Source: Schizosaccharomyces osmophilus (taxonomy: Eukaryota). From it: a stretch of DNA of 64,000 bases. Position 1 is the first letter of the stretch, and every line of letters begins with the position of its first letter. Shown here piece by piece: positions 22,243 through 37,787 of this stretch. Below the pieces are notes generated by a model. It had not been told where the DNA came from and made no database searches. It was given only the letters and a program-made list of their open reading frames with translations. The translations under genes and the position numbers were made by a program. The DNA lies in contig NC_079238.1 of assembly GCF_027921745.1 (NCBI RefSeq), forward strand, positions 5,146,001 through 5,210,000, in the 5' to 3' direction.

Positions 22243-24710
22243 ATTGTATGAATGAAACTGGTTTTTTACCTACAAACGAAAAGTGGGGAGTGAAAGAAGG
22301 TGGGAAGTCATGTATAGGATATGGGAAATATAAGGATAAAGATGGATTCCGAGAATCAGCCCTACTAAATGACAGTTCAGGAAAACAATTTGAAAAGAAT
22401 AAAATAATTAGCTATTTTTCAAATTTTTCAGTTAAGTGCATCTCCTATAAAAGTGCTGCTGGATCTGCATCCAAGAAACTTGAAACTTGAAGAGATTAAG
22501 AAGCTACGAACTACTGTTTCGTCTCTCAAAATATTATACCTTGAAGTTGCAAGACTTCTCTTGACGATGACAACTAGACCGAAGCTGTCTACTGCGGAAT
22601 CTAATATCAGGGCGGTAGCACGGTAAGACTAACATCGTGTAGACAATTCAAGCGTCTTAGTAAATGACAGAATTCCAAGGAAAATTCAAAGTAGCTCTCG
22701 GATTCGTGAGGCCTCTACTGTTGAACGAGAGGCTTGCACATTATCATGCTTGGGAAATTGCACGGATTTAGACGAACACCGAAGGAAAAATCCCTCTATC
22801 TGAAGAATTTATTCACGTACTTTTTCTCTTGCATACCGATAGGTCCGTTTCCTTGTCGAATACTATGAAATATCGTGCACACATCTTTTTTTCATCAGAC
22901 TTGCTTTTTTCCTAAAAAAATTTGGCTTTTCTAAACAGCTTAATAAAAAGTAAAATAAATTTAACTGTTTTATGGATGAAAACCATCGAAAGCCTCTTGT
23001 TTTTCTCTGTTTACTTACCAGAATTTAGGTAGCATTAAGTCACATGTACCTTTGTTTGGTTACCTCTATCGAAATGTGTCGTCTGTAATTCGCCAAATGA
23101 GCGACCAAAGTACATCGCTACTTGTCCTAGTAATAGGAGAGATCAGACCTGAAGAACGCTCTAAATGAGAGCTTGAAAGCACTTAAACTTTTTCTATTTC
23201 TAACATCAATGTGTGATCAAAAAAGGATCGTATCTACGTTCAATTGCTAAAGACAATTGAAATTAATTCTACTAGATGGTTTATGATAATATACTGGTTA
23301 GTATAATTTTTATTGCCGAATATCTGCTAATTGTCGTAAATCACATCTAATATTACTAATGCCTTGATACAATTATTTTATAACTACATGGAATTCACTC
23401 ATGTAATGAATAAACAAAGAGTTGAATGAAGAAAAAAGAAAAAAGAGATTCAGGAAGACAAAGACTTTACAATTGATTATAGATTAGAAGAAATTACCTG
23501 TCAAATTTCCTGACTGGAAAAATTGACTGGTCAAGTTAGAATAAAATAGTTTATACAATTTACTTAGTGCACCAGATTTCGAGTAGTACAAAAGCAATCA
23601 ATTCAAATACAACTCATTTAAAATGTGACTTTTATTTTTCGTTGAATCCTTATTCTCATAACAAGTGAGATCTCGTCTACGGCACTAATATCAAAAACTC
23701 TTTTGAAACTCTCAAAGTGAAATGACAGAAAGAAGCCGGGAATGAAGTTGAGCTTTCGTGCGATCTATCCACTACTTGAAAGGATAGCTTAGATTGTATT
23801 TCTTTTATTCCTTAATCCTTTCCGTGTATCTGGTGTATCGACTGCTGTTGCTTTTCCTTTCGTCTCTCCCTTTACTATGCAGGGTAGGGTGTATACCGTT
23901 TGTCGCAAAAAGATGTTTCTAATTGTTCACAAAATGAAGACTAGAAACTGCGCAAGACGAATCACTCCTGCAAGTTGCTTTCAAGTGAACAGCAATGACC
24001 GTAAATCACCTCAATCACTGTTTGCAAATTCCTCCTGGACATCCTGGACAATCAATCCAAACAGATGATTCTGAAGCAGAGAACACTGATCTTCCGTACG
24101 AAGCTTCCAACATAAGCATGAAGCATAGCATGGCTTTCCCAGTTGAAAGACGAGTTACTCAGGTGTATAATCGGACGCATTGCCCTTCGTCATCCATCGA
24201 ACAGTCTATAGCTTCCAAATTCATCCACCTTTGTAGCAGAAAAAACATTTCCATTCCTCCAACAATAGCAACCGTACATACTCATTTGCTAAAAGCCCCC
24301 AACAAGCACATGCCCAGTAAATCGCTTTAGTCCAAGCTTCCTAAAAAAAGAAAAAAAAGGAAAAAAACAAGAATGTTCAGCGAAAAATAATAACCCATGC
24401 GAATTTTGCAAAAGTGTTTTGTTTACTATTCAGCTCATACAAATATCACTATGACGAGGATATCGGATGATTCTTTGTTGTGATATAGGTTGGAAAAACA
24501 CCCCATATAGAATCTGCCAGCAAAAGTGGTGATAAAGAACAAAAAAAAAAGAAAAAAGATATTGGTCATTTTTCGTAAAATTCTATTTATGAAGTAGATT
24601 CATAGTTTTCTGTAAATCTGTTTTGGTTTTTTTTTTACTTGTTGGTTCCTTTGTTTGGTATTTCTAATTTGGTCCTGGAACCTCGTACTGTAAGCTTAAC
24701 CGGAGCACAC

Positions 24711-25756
24711 ATGTTGAAAATCCACCGACCTAGCATTGACCATCCATTTGGACTGGATCTGTGGTAAGTATAGTATATTGAAAGAAAATTGATATTTAGA
24801 ATCCATAGTAACTAACTTCTATTAGGTATTTGTTTGAACAATTAAGCATCCGTACCACAGGATGGAATCCTTCAGAATTTGAGTTCATTCCAGGACAGAC
24901 ACCTTTATCTCAATGGTCAAGTGTCATTGCATCAATTACTTTGTATTATGTGATTATCTTGGGCGGACAAGCGTTCATGAAGAACCAAAAGCCCGTCAAA
25001 CAACGTCGTTTGTTTCAATTGCACAATTTACTCTTGACTGTCGTTAGCGGCGGTTTGCTTGTTCTCATGTTTGAGCAAGTGTTTCCTATGTATGTTCGCC
25101 ATGGCCTTTACTTCTGTGTTTGTAACTCTCGTCACTTTACTCAAAAACTTATCACCCTTTACTACTTGAACTACATGACAAAGTACCTTGAACTTCTCGA
25201 TACCGTCTTCTTGTTCTTGAAGAAGAAGCCCCTTGCTTTCTTGCACTGCTACCATCACGGTGTGACCGCTTTGCTTTGTTTTACTCAGCTTTTGGGCCGT
25301 ACCTCCGTTCAATGGGTTGTCATTAGCTTGAATTTGTACGTTCACGTTATCATGTACAGTTATTATTTCTTAGCTGCTTGTGGACGCAGAGTTTGGTGGA
25401 AGCAGTGGGTTACCCGTGTTCAAATTATCCAATTCGTCGTTGACCTTGTCCTTTGCTACTTTGGAACTTATACCCACGTTGCTTACCACTTCTTCCCTTG
25501 GATGCCCCACACAGGCGACTGCTCCGGCTCCTTGTTTGCTGCCATTTTTGGCTGTGGTGTTCTTTCTTCTTATTTGGTGTTATTTATTGGCTTTTACGCG
25601 AATACTTACATTAAGCGCGGTGCTAGAAAGAACGCTAAAAAAGCCGCCGGGAAGCCTGATGATACCAAGGCTTTGCCTTCTGCCTCTAAGGAAGCTTTGG
25701 CTGCTACTACTGCATCCAATTCTTCTCCTTTTACCGCTCGCTCCCGTAAGCTTTAG
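24711..25756 (+). CDS. elo2: Fatty acid elongase (GNS1/SUR4); exons 24711-24763, 24826-25756
   Basis: KYLELLDTVFLFLKKKPL, FLHCYHH, HVIMYSYY motifs and a C-terminal RKL. Confidence 0.92.
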
Positions 25757-27063
25757 TTTGTTAAACTAGGGTCCCTTGCGAGCATGATGTGCATTATACT
25801 AGATTGCGTATCTTTTGCTACATATAGATTTCCCTGTTATAATTTTGAGGTAAAGTTGACAAGCAAGAATACGATCTGCGTGGAAAATGTCTTTATACCA
25901 TTCGGATGTTACACTGACAAGGATGCTATGTTTGCTTCTCGAGCAAGCAGGTCTGCAAAGGATTACTGATTTGTAATCTCTGTCATTGGTAGTCTGGTGC
26001 TAATCCGTGCAAGGAAATCTTTGTTATTGCTGTTTTGTTTTAATGTTTCCCTCGTTCATCTGCATTTTGCAAGAATCCTCAAATTCCTATCGGTTAATTA
26101 GGGTTTCGTTGACGAAACCATAGTCCTTCTTTTAATCTTTGCATTCGCTTGGGTCACTTGTTATTATTGAATCTCCATCGTGTTAGTTAATAGAGAGAGC
26201 ATTTTCCTCCATTACATATTCGTACCATAGATTGTTTGTACAACGTCCAGCATACAGAAAATAAGGTTATCTTCATTTGACTAAACCACAAAACCTTTCC
26301 AATTTATTTTGGGACGATTGAACTTGTGCTGTATGTTGTTTCAGCACGAGCTTTCCATCTTGTTGATTCATGTATACTTGCATCTTATCTTCATGCTGTT
26401 TCACAGATTAATTTATACTGAAGTATATACATCGTGAAACTTTACGAACTAGAGACGGTTTGGATTACACCTTTGTTGCAATAATCTTTACAGACAGCAG
26501 TTTATGTATCCATTCTTCATGTGGTTTAGGATAGACTCTTGTTTACGTCTTTCTTTTAATCTGGCCGGTTGTGGAAGCCGCTATAAATCTTATCAGGTCA
26601 TGAATATAATAGTAAAACTGCTATATGTTTTATGCGTTGTATATGTAAAAATGAACTCGTATCAAGTATTCGTATCCAAGCCGAAGTAGACCGTTGTTCA
26701 TGAATATGCATTGCGTAGAATAGAAAGAAACGATTGAAAAGTAGAAAAAGAAATAGCTACATTAAAAGTAAAAGAAAAATTGATGTGAAAAAACGAGGGA
26801 AGCCCAAAAGCTGTCATCACTTTACATGCGTATAAAAACTACTGACATTCGCATACCAGTCCTTAAGACATCCTGTTTCAGTTAGCTTAACAAGAAGAAT
26901 TGTTTGGATGATTTGAAAGATAATCAAAGATTAAAGAGAAAAAACAGTTAGACAATTGATTAAATATTTCCTTTGGCTTGAGTTGACTTAGTTTGTATCC
27001 ATCCCACTGAACTAAGGCGAAGCATTATCGAAAGCAGAAGAAAGGAGAATTTGAAGCATTCCA

Positions 27064-28335
27064 ATGAATCCCTATCGCCCTTATGTGTTAGCAAACAATT
27101 TAGAAGTGAGCTCACCTACGGTAACGCAGTCAGAGTTTGAGCCGGAACTCCAAATCAATGGTAACGAAATTTTTAACGCTTTGAAGAGTGCTGTAGTCAC
27201 CAAGTATCTGACTACCTTCTTAATACATCCTTTGGAGGCTGCGAAAACCATCTGCCAAGTAGAAGCATATGTACCGAAAGACAAGTCCTCACATTCTAAA
27301 TCCACTCGGACTAGAGAAGAAGAAAGCGAACATACCAACCATCACGATCAGTTTTCAGATGTTAGTGATGATGAGCAAGAAATTAATGCGTATTTTGAAA
27401 GCCCGTCCCTTGATACTATTGTTAACAAAGAGGACCTGAAAGAACAGATATGCGTTGAGCCTTCGGGATATGTAAACACCTCTGCTAATACCAACACCCT
27501 TCACAGTTTCACCATTTCTCCAAGCCGCTACTCCATCAAAAGCATCATTTCTTCGCTATGGGAAAAGGAAGGTGCGAAAGGCTTATGGAAGGGACATACT
27601 GTCACTTTCCTTTATAACCTCTTAAATTCCGGATTCCAGACTTGGCTTTCCGCAACTCTTTCTGGTTTTCTTTCCATTCCGGATCCCAACATTATTCCAC
27701 CCGTGGACTCTGTTCGTCCATTATCCTCAGTGTTTGTGAAGTCCTTTTCATCTGCCATTTCCGCTCTTGTTTTATCCCCCTTGGATATAGCAAGGACAAA
27801 AATTATTCTCTTCCCAATTATTTCTTCCTCATCATCGTCTGATCCAGCCTCTGCGGATTCTTTAAATTCCTCAGAAAAGAAGTCTCTATCAACTCGTCGT
27901 TGTCTTAAATCTTTACCTCCATATTGTCCTTCCTTTTTAATCTTCCCTACTGTTTGTTATGCAAGCCTTCCATCCGCTATCTCCTCTTTGTTGCCTATAG
28001 CATTTAGAAACTTCTTAGGGTCTTCTTCTTTGATGGATTCTTTTGTTGGATTCACTACTTCATCTCTGCAATTTGCCTTACAGATTCCATTGGAGACTTG
28101 TTTAAGAAGAGCCCAGGCCCAATACCAATGTGATTTACCTCCTCAGACCATAGTCCCTCTTGGCCGTTATACAGGTATCACAGGTACAGTCTGGTGTTTA
28201 CTGTGCGAAGAAGACCCAGGCCGTTTTGGAATTGAGGGATTATATCGTGGTTGGAGGGTCGGAGTTTGGGGTGTAACAAGTGCTCTGGCTTTGAATTTTT
28301 TGTCTTCAAATCTTCGTGAAGAAGTGGAATTTTGA
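27064..28335 (+). CDS. ugo1: Mitochondrial fusion protein Ugo1-like (degenerate carrier fold)
   Basis: N-terminal PYRPY; carrier signatures [31 protein letters not shown] and EGLYRGW. Confidence 0.82.
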   Translation: MNPYRPYVLANNLEVSSPTVTQSEFEPELQINGNEIFNALKSAVVTKYLTTFLIHPLEAAKTICQVEAYVPKDKSSHSKSTRTREEESEHTNHHDQFSDVSDDEQEINAYFESPSLDTIVNKEDLKEQICVEPSGYVNTSANTNTLHSFTISPSRYSIKSIISSLWEKEGAKGLWKGHTVTFLYNLLNSGFQTWLSATLSGFLSIPDPNIIPPVDSVRPLSSVFVKSFSSAISALVLSPLDIARTKIILFPIISSSSSSDPASADSLNSSEKKSLSTRRCLKSLPPYCPSFLIFPTVCYASLPSAISSLLPIAFRNFLGSSSLMDSFVGFTTSSLQFALQIPLETCLRRAQAQYQCDLPPQTIVPLGRYTGITGTVWCLLCEEDPGRFGIEGLYRGWRVGVWGVTSALALNFLSSNLREEVEF

Positions 28336-28541
28336 GCTAATGCATTGTATTGTGAGAATTTTAGCGTTAAATCGAAAAATTATGAAAGTTGTTGAACTAA
28401 GTATATGATTGAGGTATCATCAGCATGTTAATCTCAAAAACGTAAAGATATTCATATATCGACAATTTAATTTTTAATCCCTATATTAAGTTTGCATTTT
28501 TTTATTATAATCTAATAATATATCCCTTTAGCTCCAGTCTT

Positions 28542-31500
28542 TTAAAGCTCTTCTTCTTCCATTGTAGGCATATCGACTGGTTTAATCATGCCAGGAACTG
28601 TCATAGCTTTCTCCATCTGTGCCTTTTGTTGAGCAGCCAATTCTTGTTCTTTTTCTTCAAGATACAGATCAGCATTGTCGCCACCAAATTCTTTAAGTTG
28701 AATTAAAAAGTCACGTAAAGCTAGCTTGAATTTGGGATGATCTTGATTTAGTGCTAACACGGTTTGGACAAACTCTTGAATTTGCATAGGCTGCAAATGG
28801 GGGAAAGCACTGCTCAGCAAGTTCATAATGTACTGTCTCAAAAACAGTTGATTATTCATGTCAGGAGGAAATTGTGTGGGATCGTATAAAGGAACGGTAA
28901 TTTGGCCGGATTCTATCAAGAAAAACAACCGGGCTAATATTAAGCTTTGAAGTTTGAATCCGGATTTGTGGTCGGAGTCTGTAAGAACATACAATATATC
29001 TTGTAACAATGGAATATAGTAGTTCTGGAAGAAAATATTAGAAACGTCAGGACCGCTAGTAGCCATATTGTTTATTAGTTCCAAAAGGATGTTCAAGCCG
29101 GTCTCCTGAATGTCTCGGCTGACATGCTTAAATGACCAGACAATACTGTTAATTACCAATTTAAATTGAGGGGCTGGAATGTTAAGCAATGCTGGGAAAC
29201 AGTTAAGGTTAATTGCCCTTAATAATTGGAAGAAGGAAGCTCTATGCTCAGGATATTCTGAAAAGTCCTTGCTAATCATCTCCAAAGTGCAACCAAAAAC
29301 CGCATCCAGCACAAGAGGAATCTTATCCGTAAGAAGCTCGCTTAGCTGGTTGACAATGGTAGTAATAAGGTTTAAAACTTCGGCATCACGAGCGTCAGGA
29401 ACGTTATTATAGTAGTCCAACAAAACTGCTTCGAACAAGGGGGCAATGAGGGTGTGACTAACAAGATCAAGTTCTTCGGCATGGCTAATGTAGGCATCAA
29501 CAAGCTTAAGGACTTCCTTTTTAATGGTTCGTAAGCCACGAACATGAGGTGTCTTGGTAGCAATATTTCCTTGGACTGCAACAACCTCAGAGATTAAGGC
29601 ACTAACTACTTTGTATAAACCCAACATATCAACATAGTTTTTCATTATTTGTGGATAAAAACCTGCACCAATAGATGTACATGCAGCAACGTTTGTCTTC
29701 AAAACGTTGGCAAGCGTCTTGACAATCTGAGGGTCTCCTAAAATCTGTGCATTTTGAGCAGCTTGTACAACAACATTATCCCAAGCTTGATTAGGTAACG
29801 ACATCAATTCAAAAATAAGACGCTCTTGAAGCTGTTTTTGTGGTTGAGCAGATATCATGTGACCACAAGCCTCGTAAAAAGTATGAGTTTGTTGAGCTGT
29901 CAAGTCTTCAGTGGTTTTTGGCAAATTACGAATAATTTCGTTAATAAATGGTTCTTCTTCCCCGACTTGATGAGCTACAAAATGTCGACGGCATTTTTGA
30001 GCAATTTTGATGAATGTATCACAAGCCATATCTTGAACACCTTCATGATACTCATGCATGAATTCGAAAAGTTTGTTAATGACTGTCTTTAAAAATTTCC
30101 AGTGTGCTTTCAAAAAACGAGGATACTGTCCGACAACGTACATGATGTTGGAGGCGACAACTGCCTTGTTATCTTTACCACGTTTCATCTCGCAAAGACC
30201 AAGCAAGTCCTTAATAACATTTACAAGGAAACGTTTTTCCATTTCTTCATTCATGGCACCGGAAATAGAGCCGATAGCCCAACACAAAGTATTTAGGTTG
30301 TTCCATGACCATTCGGTACCAACAACAATTCTGGCAAGTTTTTCGGTCATAACGATTTCAGTGTCAACGACATCCAAATGTGTAAGATAAACCAATACCT
30401 CACGCATAGATTTATAAAGAGTAATTGTATCAGTTTCCTTGACGAATTCACGAACAATTTCACCTTCGTCATTCTCAACAATGAGAACTTCTTCCGGTTT
30501 TACCATGTTCTCTATCATGACTAAACGAAGCGTAGATAGAACGTCTTTGTAAATATGTTTGCGCAATGGCAAATTAGCTAACATGGCAGGGTTGGAGGAT
30601 ATAAGGGAAGCAGGACTAGAAAGATTAAGTAAAGGATTCATTTCAGACATGGGGAGCTGTTGCATTTCTTCGTAAAGCTGGGACACCAGTCTACCCCAGT
30701 ATTCCAGACAAATTTTGAAAACCTCACGCTCGTTGATTCGAGAAATATTAAGAAGATACGAGTGAGCAATCAAAAGAATTTCTTGATTCTCTGGGGTTTC
30801 CAAAGGACGAAGATGAGAGCTGAAGAAGGTGGTCAAAAACAAAGCCAAATTTTGAATGAAATCTTGCTCATTTGAGCTGCTCTCTTCATAGGCTTCACGA
30901 AAATCAGTTTGCAAAGGAAGCATGGAGTTAACAGCACTCATGACCAAGTGAAACATAGAAACAAACTTATTGTTGTACTGAGGTTGAGAAGTAAGACCGG
31001 CAATTTCGGTAAGGCATTCCATAGTGACATTACGAAAAGCGGGAACAGTAAGAAAGCGACTAGTAATTTGCTCCGTGATGGCCGTTTCAAAAATATAACC
31101 AAGAGGGATCCAGCTGAGAAAACGGAGTAAGGTTTCTAAGGTTGCTTTAATAAGACTGGGTTTTTGAGCGCGTTCCAAAACTTGCGAGCACAATTGGAAA
31201 ATTTCGGCGAATTCACCACACATTTGGTTCTTTAAATTTTTGGTTTTGTTTTGAGTCATTTGTTCAGCGGAGTAATCAAAAATTTCTTCACTTAAAAGAC
31301 GAAGGATAATCATATTGTTTTCACAGAGAGCAAGGTTGGTTTTACTAGCTTGAACAATTTCTGGGATAAAATTGGGCCAGTTATGGGGCCATTCTTGTTT
31401 CAAAATTTGAACAAGTGTTAAGTCCAATTTATTTAAATAAGTCTTCTGTTGCTGTAATGATGTTTCATCAGCAGAATTTTTGATTAGGACAGCAACGACG

Positions 31501-31778
31501 AAATTACGAATTCCAAGACGTTGCTCTTTGGGAAGCATTTTCCAACGAGTAGTGATGAGCTTGTCAAGGATAGAAAGAGCAATGTATTTGGTTTGAGGAA
31601 ATTCGGCTTTTTCCAGAATAGCATCTGCTTGCATCCAAGCATCCTGGTGAGCTTGGAACTGGGTCAAAACTCTTTGGGCTTCTTGCTGTTCTGCACCAGC
31701 ACCCATGTAAAATGTTTGGACAACGCGGTCCAAGAGACCTATATCTAGCTCACGATCAAGAGCTAATATACCTTCCAT
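28542..31778 (-). CDS. crm1: Exportin-1
   Basis: 1078 aa. VIKDLLGLCEMKRGKDNKAVVASNIMY includes the leptomycin-B-reactive Cys. Confidence 0.98.
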   Translation of the reverse strand: MEGILALDRELDIGLLDRVVQTFYMGAGAEQQEAQRVLTQFQAHQDAWMQADAILEKAEFPQTKYIALSILDKLITTRWKMLPKEQRLGIRNFVVAVLIKNSADETSLQQQKTYLNKLDLTLVQILKQEWPHNWPNFIPEIVQASKTNLALCENNMIILRLLSEEIFDYSAEQMTQNKTKNLKNQMCGEFAEIFQLCSQVLERAQKPSLIKATLETLLRFLSWIPLGYIFETAITEQITSRFLTVPAFRNVTMECLTEIAGLTSQPQYNNKFVSMFHLVMSAVNSMLPLQTDFREAYEESSSNEQDFIQNLALFLTTFFSSHLRPLETPENQEILLIAHSYLLNISRINEREVFKICLEYWGRLVSQLYEEMQQLPMSEMNPLLNLSSPASLISSNPAMLANLPLRKHIYKDVLSTLRLVMIENMVKPEEVLIVENDEGEIVREFVKETDTITLYKSMREVLVYLTHLDVVDTEIVMTEKLARIVVGTEWSWNNLNTLCWAIGSISGAMNEEMEKRFLVNVIKDLLGLCEMKRGKDNKAVVASNIMYVVGQYPRFLKAHWKFLKTVINKLFEFMHEYHEGVQDMACDTFIKIAQKCRRHFVAHQVGEEEPFINEIIRNLPKTTEDLTAQQTHTFYEACGHMISAQPQKQLQERLIFELMSLPNQAWDNVVVQAAQNAQILGDPQIVKTLANVLKTNVAACTSIGAGFYPQIMKNYVDMLGLYKVVSALISEVVAVQGNIATKTPHVRGLRTIKKEVLKLVDAYISHAEELDLVSHTLIAPLFEAVLLDYYNNVPDARDAEVLNLITTIVNQLSELLTDKIPLVLDAVFGCTLEMISKDFSEYPEHRASFFQLLRAINLNCFPALLNIPAPQFKLVINSIVWSFKHVSRDIQETGLNILLELINNMATSGPDVSNIFFQNYYIPLLQDILYVLTDSDHKSGFKLQSLILARLFFLIESGQITVPLYDPTQFPPDMNNQLFLRQYIMNLLSSAFPHLQPMQIQEFVQTVLALNQDHPKFKLALRDFLIQLKEFGGDNADLYLEEKEQELAAQQKAQMEKAMTVPGMIKPVDMPTMEEEEL

Positions 31779-32843
31779 GATGAAAATTTTAAAAACGACA
31801 AAGAAGATTTGTAGAGTCTATAAAAACTGGAAACACCGAACAAAAAAAATCAATGATAGAACGAAAGAAGGGAAATGAAAAAAATGAAAAATGAAATGAA
31901 ACCGTGTAAAGCAATCGTTTTCAATTCTCCTTCTGCTAAGATCGTAATGCAAAGATAATAATTACTTGTAGTCGGAAAACTAGGAAAGTTTCTTACTCAC
32001 GTATGGAAGAAAACTATCGAACCTGACTAAGCCAGAACGTACGAAGGTTAGTAGCCTTTCAATGCAATATCACGGGCTATCTGAGATTCTGACGAACTAA
32101 AATTCGACAATGTTTATGGAATCAAAGATCGTTAGCGCGTAATTTAAATTAAAATTTATTGATGAATAATCCCTTAATGTCTAAATAAGGTCAAATTGTC
32201 AATTTCGCCTTTAGCTTCTTCTGTTTATGTGGTGATTCTGACTACAATGAGCAGCACACAAGAGGTAACGCAAAAAGGGGAAAGACAAACAAGAATAGGA
32301 AAAGATAGAAAGAGAAATCGGGTAGACTCCCGTGAATATTTGAACAAAAAAATGCAGATATAAGTGTTGGGTAAGAGTAGGTGGTAGCGGCAAGGCTTGG
32401 AGCAGCAAAGAAGGTGGAAGAAAGTGGATAGGGTGGTCGTTAACTACATGTTATGTTTTTTACGGCACTGCAACACGATATGATAGTAAATAAACAAATG
32501 AACTAGAGACTTTTTATGAATTAACAAAATACTAAAATGACAAAAGCGCTTTCAAAACCATTAAAAACACCTTTCTAGTTCTAAAGCATGATTCAAGCAA
32601 ACCATGCAATAATCGCAGTAAATTAATCCTCTGTGTGCCCTCTTAAGGGCAAGATTATGAAAAAATGATAGTATAAAGCGAAAGAAAGCTGTCGCAACCG
32701 TATGAAAAGATGAATCGAGAACAGAAAAAAGCAATGTAAAGAATCCTTCATAATTCTTCAGAAAACAAAGTATTTACATGAGTGTAATAACTCTGCTTAA
32801 AAATACTAAATATATTATCTAAAAAGTCTTGCTATTTCAACAA

Positions 32844-32942
32844 GCGGCGATGCCCGAGTGGTCTAAGGGGGCAGATTTAAGAGGCTTTACGCCTTGAACC
32901 CTGCTGTTGTAAAACGCGTGAGTTCGAACCTCACTCGCCGCA
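32844..32942 (+). tRNA. tRNA-Leu(UAA) with 17-nt intron (32882-32898)
   Basis: Acceptor stem GCGGCGA/TCGCCGC, D-loop GAGTGGTCTAAG, anticodon TAA at 32878-32880, long variable arm, GTTCGAA T-loop. Confidence 0.92.
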
Positions 32943-33919
32943 TTATTTATTTCCTTTTTATGCTTTGCATTGCCTCAATTCTAGTGGGTTCTGACAGTTT
33001 ATTTTTTTATTTTTTTGTCATTTGCGATTAAGTTTAAATATCAAACGGTAACATATGTGTCTACCAAAGTTCTTATACTATCATACTAAAAGTGAATAAA
33101 CCTTTGTACTATGATGGTATCATTATAAAGCTATGATACTTGATTCCAAAAAGTAGCAAGAATCTTCTCTCTGTATAACAACGGCTCTTTTGAATAGTGA
33201 AAATAATTTGTTTTAACTTTAATTTTATTGTTACTCTCTTTTTTGTTGTTTCGATACTAATTTCTATGTGTTGGGTGGAATGTTCGACTATTCACAAAAA
33301 GATCAAAATTGAGCAGTATTCCGTGTCAATCTAGCCGGATAAAAACAAAAAAAAAACAAAGAATTCTTTGGAAGTATTTTAAATATTTGTTGATTTGGCT
33401 TCCCTGTTATTTTTTCTTTATTTACTTGCTCCTTTCTCTGATATGTAAACAATCCATCTCAACCATTGGACAAATCCAATTAAATCTCCAATATTCAACG
33501 GTTTTTCTATTCATATACATATTTTTTGAGGGCATTGGATTTGATATCCTTGAATATGCACTTTGAACAAATCGGTTCATAGAGATTGTCTACGCCGTGA
33601 ACTTGATCCATTTGACTTTTCCAAAGTTTTCGGTTTTTTATACAAATTTTTTTTGTACTTTTCTTTTTCTTTCTATTGGAATTTATTGCATCCTCTTGAC
33701 TTGAAACGAGTGGTTTTATTATTTTATTTATAATCGGGATTTTTTATTTTTGCCTCATTTCTTTACCTTCTTCCTTGCAACACTTACCCCAAACATCTGA
33801 GGTTGCTTACATTCCATCTTTTTGGCTTTCTCTTTTTCTTTTTCTTTTTCAATTTTTGAAATTTCTTTTTTATTAGGATTCCATAGGAAATTTCTAGCTT
33901 TTATTCGAACGAAGTAATC

Positions 33920-34879
33920 ATGACCCACGAAGCTGCTACCCATAACAGTTCCACTCTTCATCCTGTTGTGCCGCCTCACAGCCCGATTTATGTTAAAGCT
34001 TTGGAAGCCAAAAGGTACATTATCGGCCAACTCCCAGAGGAATTGAGTAAACCACGTCTCGCAATCATCTGTGGTAGTGGTTTAGGTACTTTGGCAGCTG
34101 ATTTGTCTGAGCCTAAATACGAAATACCTTATCATGATATTCCTCATTTTCACGTCTCTCACGTCGCTGGGCATGCCTCCAAATTGATTTTTGCCTATAT
34201 GGGTGAAAATCGCATACCTACAATGGTTCTGTGTGGGCGTTATCATTCATATGAAGGTTACAGCATGGACGTCGCTACCTTCCCTGTCCGCGTTATGAAG
34301 GTTTTGGGTGTTGAAACCATAATCGTCACTAATGCCTGTGGTGGTGTCAATCAAAATTTTAATGTCGGCGATTTGATGATACTGAAGGACCATATCGATT
34401 TCCCTGGTCTCGCTGGCAACCACTCACTGAAAGGACCCAATCCTGAAGAATTTGGCACTCGGTTTCCTGCCCTTTCGGACGCTTATGATCTCCACCTTCG
34501 CAAGCTTGTTTACGATGCCGTTAAGACCCATTCTATTGACCGTCCTATCCACGAAGGTACCTACTGCTTTGTCTCTGGTCCAAGCTTTGAAACCCGTGCG
34601 GAGTCTCGCATGCTCTCTATGCTCGGTGCTGATGCTGTCGGCATGTCTACGGTTCCAGAAGTTATTGTAGCTCGTCACTGTGGCATCCGTGTGTTGGCAA
34701 TCTCCCTAATTACCAACAAAGCTGTGATACAAGAAAGCCCATCCGCCAAAGATGCCGTGGATACTAGCTCCAAAATTATGTCCAAGGGCGCAGCTAATCA
34801 TCTTGAAGTCTTGGAAGTTGGCATTACCGCTGCAAACGATATTCGAAGAATTGTCGAAACTCTCGTTAATGACCTCTAA
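33920..34879 (+). CDS. Purine nucleoside phosphorylase
   Basis: IICGSGLG, GRYHSYEG, GPSFETRAE, GADAVGMSTVPE motifs. Confidence 0.96.
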   Translation: MTHEAATHNSSTLHPVVPPHSPIYVKALEAKRYIIGQLPEELSKPRLAIICGSGLGTLAADLSEPKYEIPYHDIPHFHVSHVAGHASKLIFAYMGENRIPTMVLCGRYHSYEGYSMDVATFPVRVMKVLGVETIIVTNACGGVNQNFNVGDLMILKDHIDFPGLAGNHSLKGPNPEEFGTRFPALSDAYDLHLRKLVYDAVKTHSIDRPIHEGTYCFVSGPSFETRAESRMLSMLGADAVGMSTVPEVIVARHCGIRVLAISLITNKAVIQESPSAKDAVDTSSKIMSKGAANHLEVLEVGITAANDIRRIVETLVNDL

Positions 34880-35399
34880 ATCACTGGGAACGAGTGTGCC
34901 TCTAAAGCAGCTATTGATTCTCTCAAACTTGACTAAGGTTTCCTTTGCAGCAAGTTTCAAAATCTTCAAGTTATGCTTTGTAGTTTTGTAATATTTCATA
35001 TCTTTGTCGTTGTTCATGACATTCTTCCTTGGATCTGCCTGTAGCTATAGAGATTCGTTCTTTATAGTTTTATCTATGGTCCATGTTAACGCGTTAAATC
35101 AAAGGCCGTTTGATTAATTAATTCTTTTGTTGCTGTCAAAGTAGAATAAAATTCTTTCTATTTCCTCCCGCCTTAAATTTCTTTTTGTAATGTTTTAGGT
35201 GACACTCCCAATTGTACCCTAGGTGAGTGACATCTACCTCCACTTGTAAATATATACTTAGACGAAACGCGCAAATCCAACTGGTACATTTAACTATATT
35301 TAAAACGCATTTTGTGAGTGAAAGCTCATTACATTTTAATTGAATAAAATCTAGCACAAGCGGAAGAATTCAAAACCGGTTATCAAGAATACTCTATGA

Positions 35400-37663
<2,264 letters not shown>

Positions 37664-37787
37664 ATACGAAACGAAGCCTGTGGCAGTATACTTGGTTTTG
37701 ACAGACGTATTGTATTTTAATGATATTTATTTTTTATTATGGCTGAATAATAATGCAATTAGTTATGTATTATTAATAAATCTTTTT

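Noticed and set aside
22585..22745. Small hairpins (TGTCTAC/GTAGACA; GCCTCT/AGAGGC followed by ACA) as a possible H/ACA RNA
   Set aside because: No pseudouridylation pocket or coherent two-hairpin layout.
23995..24330. 111-aa ATG ORF upstream of elo2
   Set aside because: No domain or codon bias evident; cannot be supported without expression data.
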